From Hypanus sabinus (lineage: Eukaryota), in contig NC_082707.1 in assembly GCF_030144855.1 (NCBI RefSeq), positions 13,330,001-13,394,000 on the forward strand: 64,000 nt of DNA, given 5' to 3'. Below, in pieces: positions 61,505 through 64,000 of the stretch (the first letter of the stretch is position 1; the number at the start of each line of letters is the position of its first letter). The notes under the pieces are model-generated. The model did no database searches, had not been told where the DNA came from, and was given only the letters and a program-made list of their open reading frames with translations. The position numbers and the translations under genes were made by a program.

Positions 61505-63982
61505 AACAACCGCCGCCGTTTTTCAAGACCTAATCACTGATGTGCTGAGGGAGTTTAATAATCGCTTTGTGTTCATCTACCTAAATGATATCTTGATATT
61601 TTCTATCAGCCCCCAGAAACACATTCACCATGTCCGCCTAGTCCTCCAGATACTGTGGGATAGCAAGATTTTTGTGACGGCGGAGAAATGTGAGTTCCAC
61701 GTCCCTTCGGTCAGCTTCCAGGGTTACACCATCGAGAGCGGGCAGGTGAGGGTAGATCTCGAGAAGATCTGGAAGGTGGAAGAATGGCCCAGACGCAAGC
61801 AACTTCAGCGGTTTTTGGGATTTACAAACTTTTATCGCCCATTTATCAGGGATTACAGTCGGATCCGGGGTAGGGACAGTCCTGTCCAGTCGATCATGTC
61901 CGGACGGAAAGTTTCATTCCTGTGCCTTCTTTTCTAGCCGGCTATTCCCCGCCGAGCGGAATTACGAGGTGGGGAAACGGGAACTACTGGCGTCAAGCTA
62001 GCATTGGAGGAGTGGAGGCAATAGCTGGAGGGGGCAGAACACCCGTTTATTGTTTGGACTGATCGTAAGAACATGGTATATATTCACAACGCCAAACGTT
62101 TGAACTCCCTGCAGGCCGGTTGGGATTTTTTTTTGGACGGTTCAAGTTTTCCATCACAAACCGTCCAGTATCCAAGAACGGAAAGCCGGACGCGCTCTCC
62201 CGCCAATACAACTCCAAGGAGGTCCACAGAGACTAACCTCCCACCATCCTGTGTGGTGGCAACACTCACTTGGGAGATTTAGTCCATAGTACAGGAAGCT
62301 TAATGGGATGACCCTGACCCCGGCAATGGAACCGCCGATCGCCCTTTTGTGCCTAATTCCGTCAGATCTCAGGTTCTCCGGTGGGGGCGCACATCTCATT
62401 ACGCCTGCTACCCCTGTAATCATCGGGCACTGTCTCCCATGAAAAGACACTTTTGCTGGCCTTCCATGGAGCCGGATACCTGTTCCTATGTCTCTGCATT
62501 TGTGTCTGTGCCCGTGGAAAAGCCTCCCACCGTAACCTGCGGGATTCCTTCGTCCCCTCCCTGTCGCTGGTCTTCGTTGGACGCACAACGCCGTAGATTC
62601 CTTCACCTGCCTTCCCCCTTCACAGGGAAACACCACCGTGCTCACCATGGTAGACCGGTTCTCCAAGAAAGTGCACTTTGTAGCTCTCCCTAAACTCCTT
62701 TCTGCTCAAGAAACTGCAGACTTCTCGTCCGCCATGTCTTCCGCCTCCACAGAACCTCCGCGGACATTGTCTCCGATCGACGTCCCCAATTCATCTCACA
62801 GGTATGGAAGGCCTTCTGTCAAGCTTTAGGTGCCCCGGTCAGCCTGTCATCCGGCTTCCACACACAGACGAACGGGTCAACCAGGACGTGGAGACGACGC
62901 TCCGATGTATAAAAACCAACAACCCGTCTACCTGGAGTTGAGTACACTCACAACTCTCTGGTTAGTACTGCCATCGGAAGGTCTCCGTTTGAGTGCTTCC
63001 TTGGGTCACAACCCCCACTGTTCCCCGCGCAAGAAGAGGAAATTGCAGTGCAGTCTGTTCAAGCCCAATTCGATCAGTGCCGCATGTTTTGGGAGTACAC
63101 ACGGAGTGCCCTGCTCAGATCAGCAGATCGCAATAGGATGATTGCCGATCGATAGCGGACGGCTGCGCCTTAGCATCGACCTGGGCAGATGGTGTGGCTT
63201 TCATCTAAAGACATCCCTATCAAAAACGAACCTAAGAAATTCGCCCCTCGCTTCCTGGGATCTTTCGAGGTCGAAAGTATCATCAACCCCACAGCAGTCC
63301 GATTTAAGTTACCAAGATCTATACACATCCACCCTACTTTTCATGGTTCCAATTAAAAACACTCTCTGTTATCCCCTTGTGTCCTCCGACCGAAACCCCT
63401 GCACCACCTGGATCATCGACAACCATCCGGCATACACTGTCCGACGGCTACTGGATGTGTACCGTCGGGGAAGAGGCCTCCAATTCCTGTTCGACTGGGA
63501 AGTGTGCAGCCCAGAGGAGCGTTTCTGGGTTCCACGCTCCTTCATTCTGGACTCCGGACGAGCCTGGAGGAACGCCTAGAGGCTTCATTTAAGGGGGTGT
63601 CCTGTCATGGACCTGTCTGGTAATTCCTCATCTTATTATTACAGCCTTATTGGGCCTTAATCCCTCATCTGATTTCCAGTCATTCCCAGCTCCACTAATT
63701 ACAGCACACCTGGTTCCCATTATCGAACAAAGGATAAAACTCGTGTGTCATCGCCATGCTTTGCCAGTTCATTGGTCTGCTCTAGTGTGAGTAAAACTCG
63801 TTTCCTCATTCCGTAGAAATGTCAGTTCTAAGCTCCGTATCATTTCCTGAATACACCGCGTAAACCTTATCTCTGTGTACAGACTGTTCTGGATACTGAT
63901 TCCCATTTCGCGACGGTGCCTTATGACTCTGCCTCCGCGCCTGTGTCCTGCACTTGTGTTCGTCCTCAGCCTCGACCTTGCA
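61505..63982 (+). mobile_element. 5'-truncated Ty3/Gypsy chromovirus-type element (RT-RH-IN-chromodomain plus 3' LTR about 63603-63982)
   Basis: [20 protein letters not shown]; [16 protein letters not shown]; [10 protein letters not shown]; LTMVDRFSK; chromodomain YTVRRLLD...[16 protein letters not shown]; PPT AAGGGGG then TGTCA. Confidence 0.9.
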
Positions 63983-64000
63983 CCAATTGCAAGCCTTCCC

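Overview
Vertebrate nuclear DNA, most likely from a cartilaginous fish (inferred from the CR1/RTE/Penelope-type repeats and the receptor type). The window covers part of a vomeronasal type-2 (V2R/OlfC, class C GPCR, CaSR-like) receptor cluster. Gene A is on the + strand, partial (exons 3-6, 1..4753), with a single TGT>TGA nonsense codon at the conserved ECL2 cysteine. Genes B (41633..34433, 869 aa) and C (58339..49890, 899 aa) are apparently intact six-exon genes on the - strand. A short V2R TM7 relic lies at about 48.9 kb. A decayed SIAH1 copy (61378..60584, -) appears to keep its genomic splice acceptor. The rest is dense with decayed transposons: many CR1-type LINE fragments, an RTE LINE with a 5' inversion and a nested solo LTR, two chromodomain-bearing Gypsy elements, a Gmr1-like Gypsy remnant, Tc1-like remnants, an L1 3' end, and a small palindromic retro-insert carrying a degenerate hammerhead ribozyme core. 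A 173-N assembly gap lies in intron 3 of gene C. Exon boundaries were read from GT-AG sites; repeat boundaries are approximate. I found no clearly new biological system; the best leads are listed as findings.
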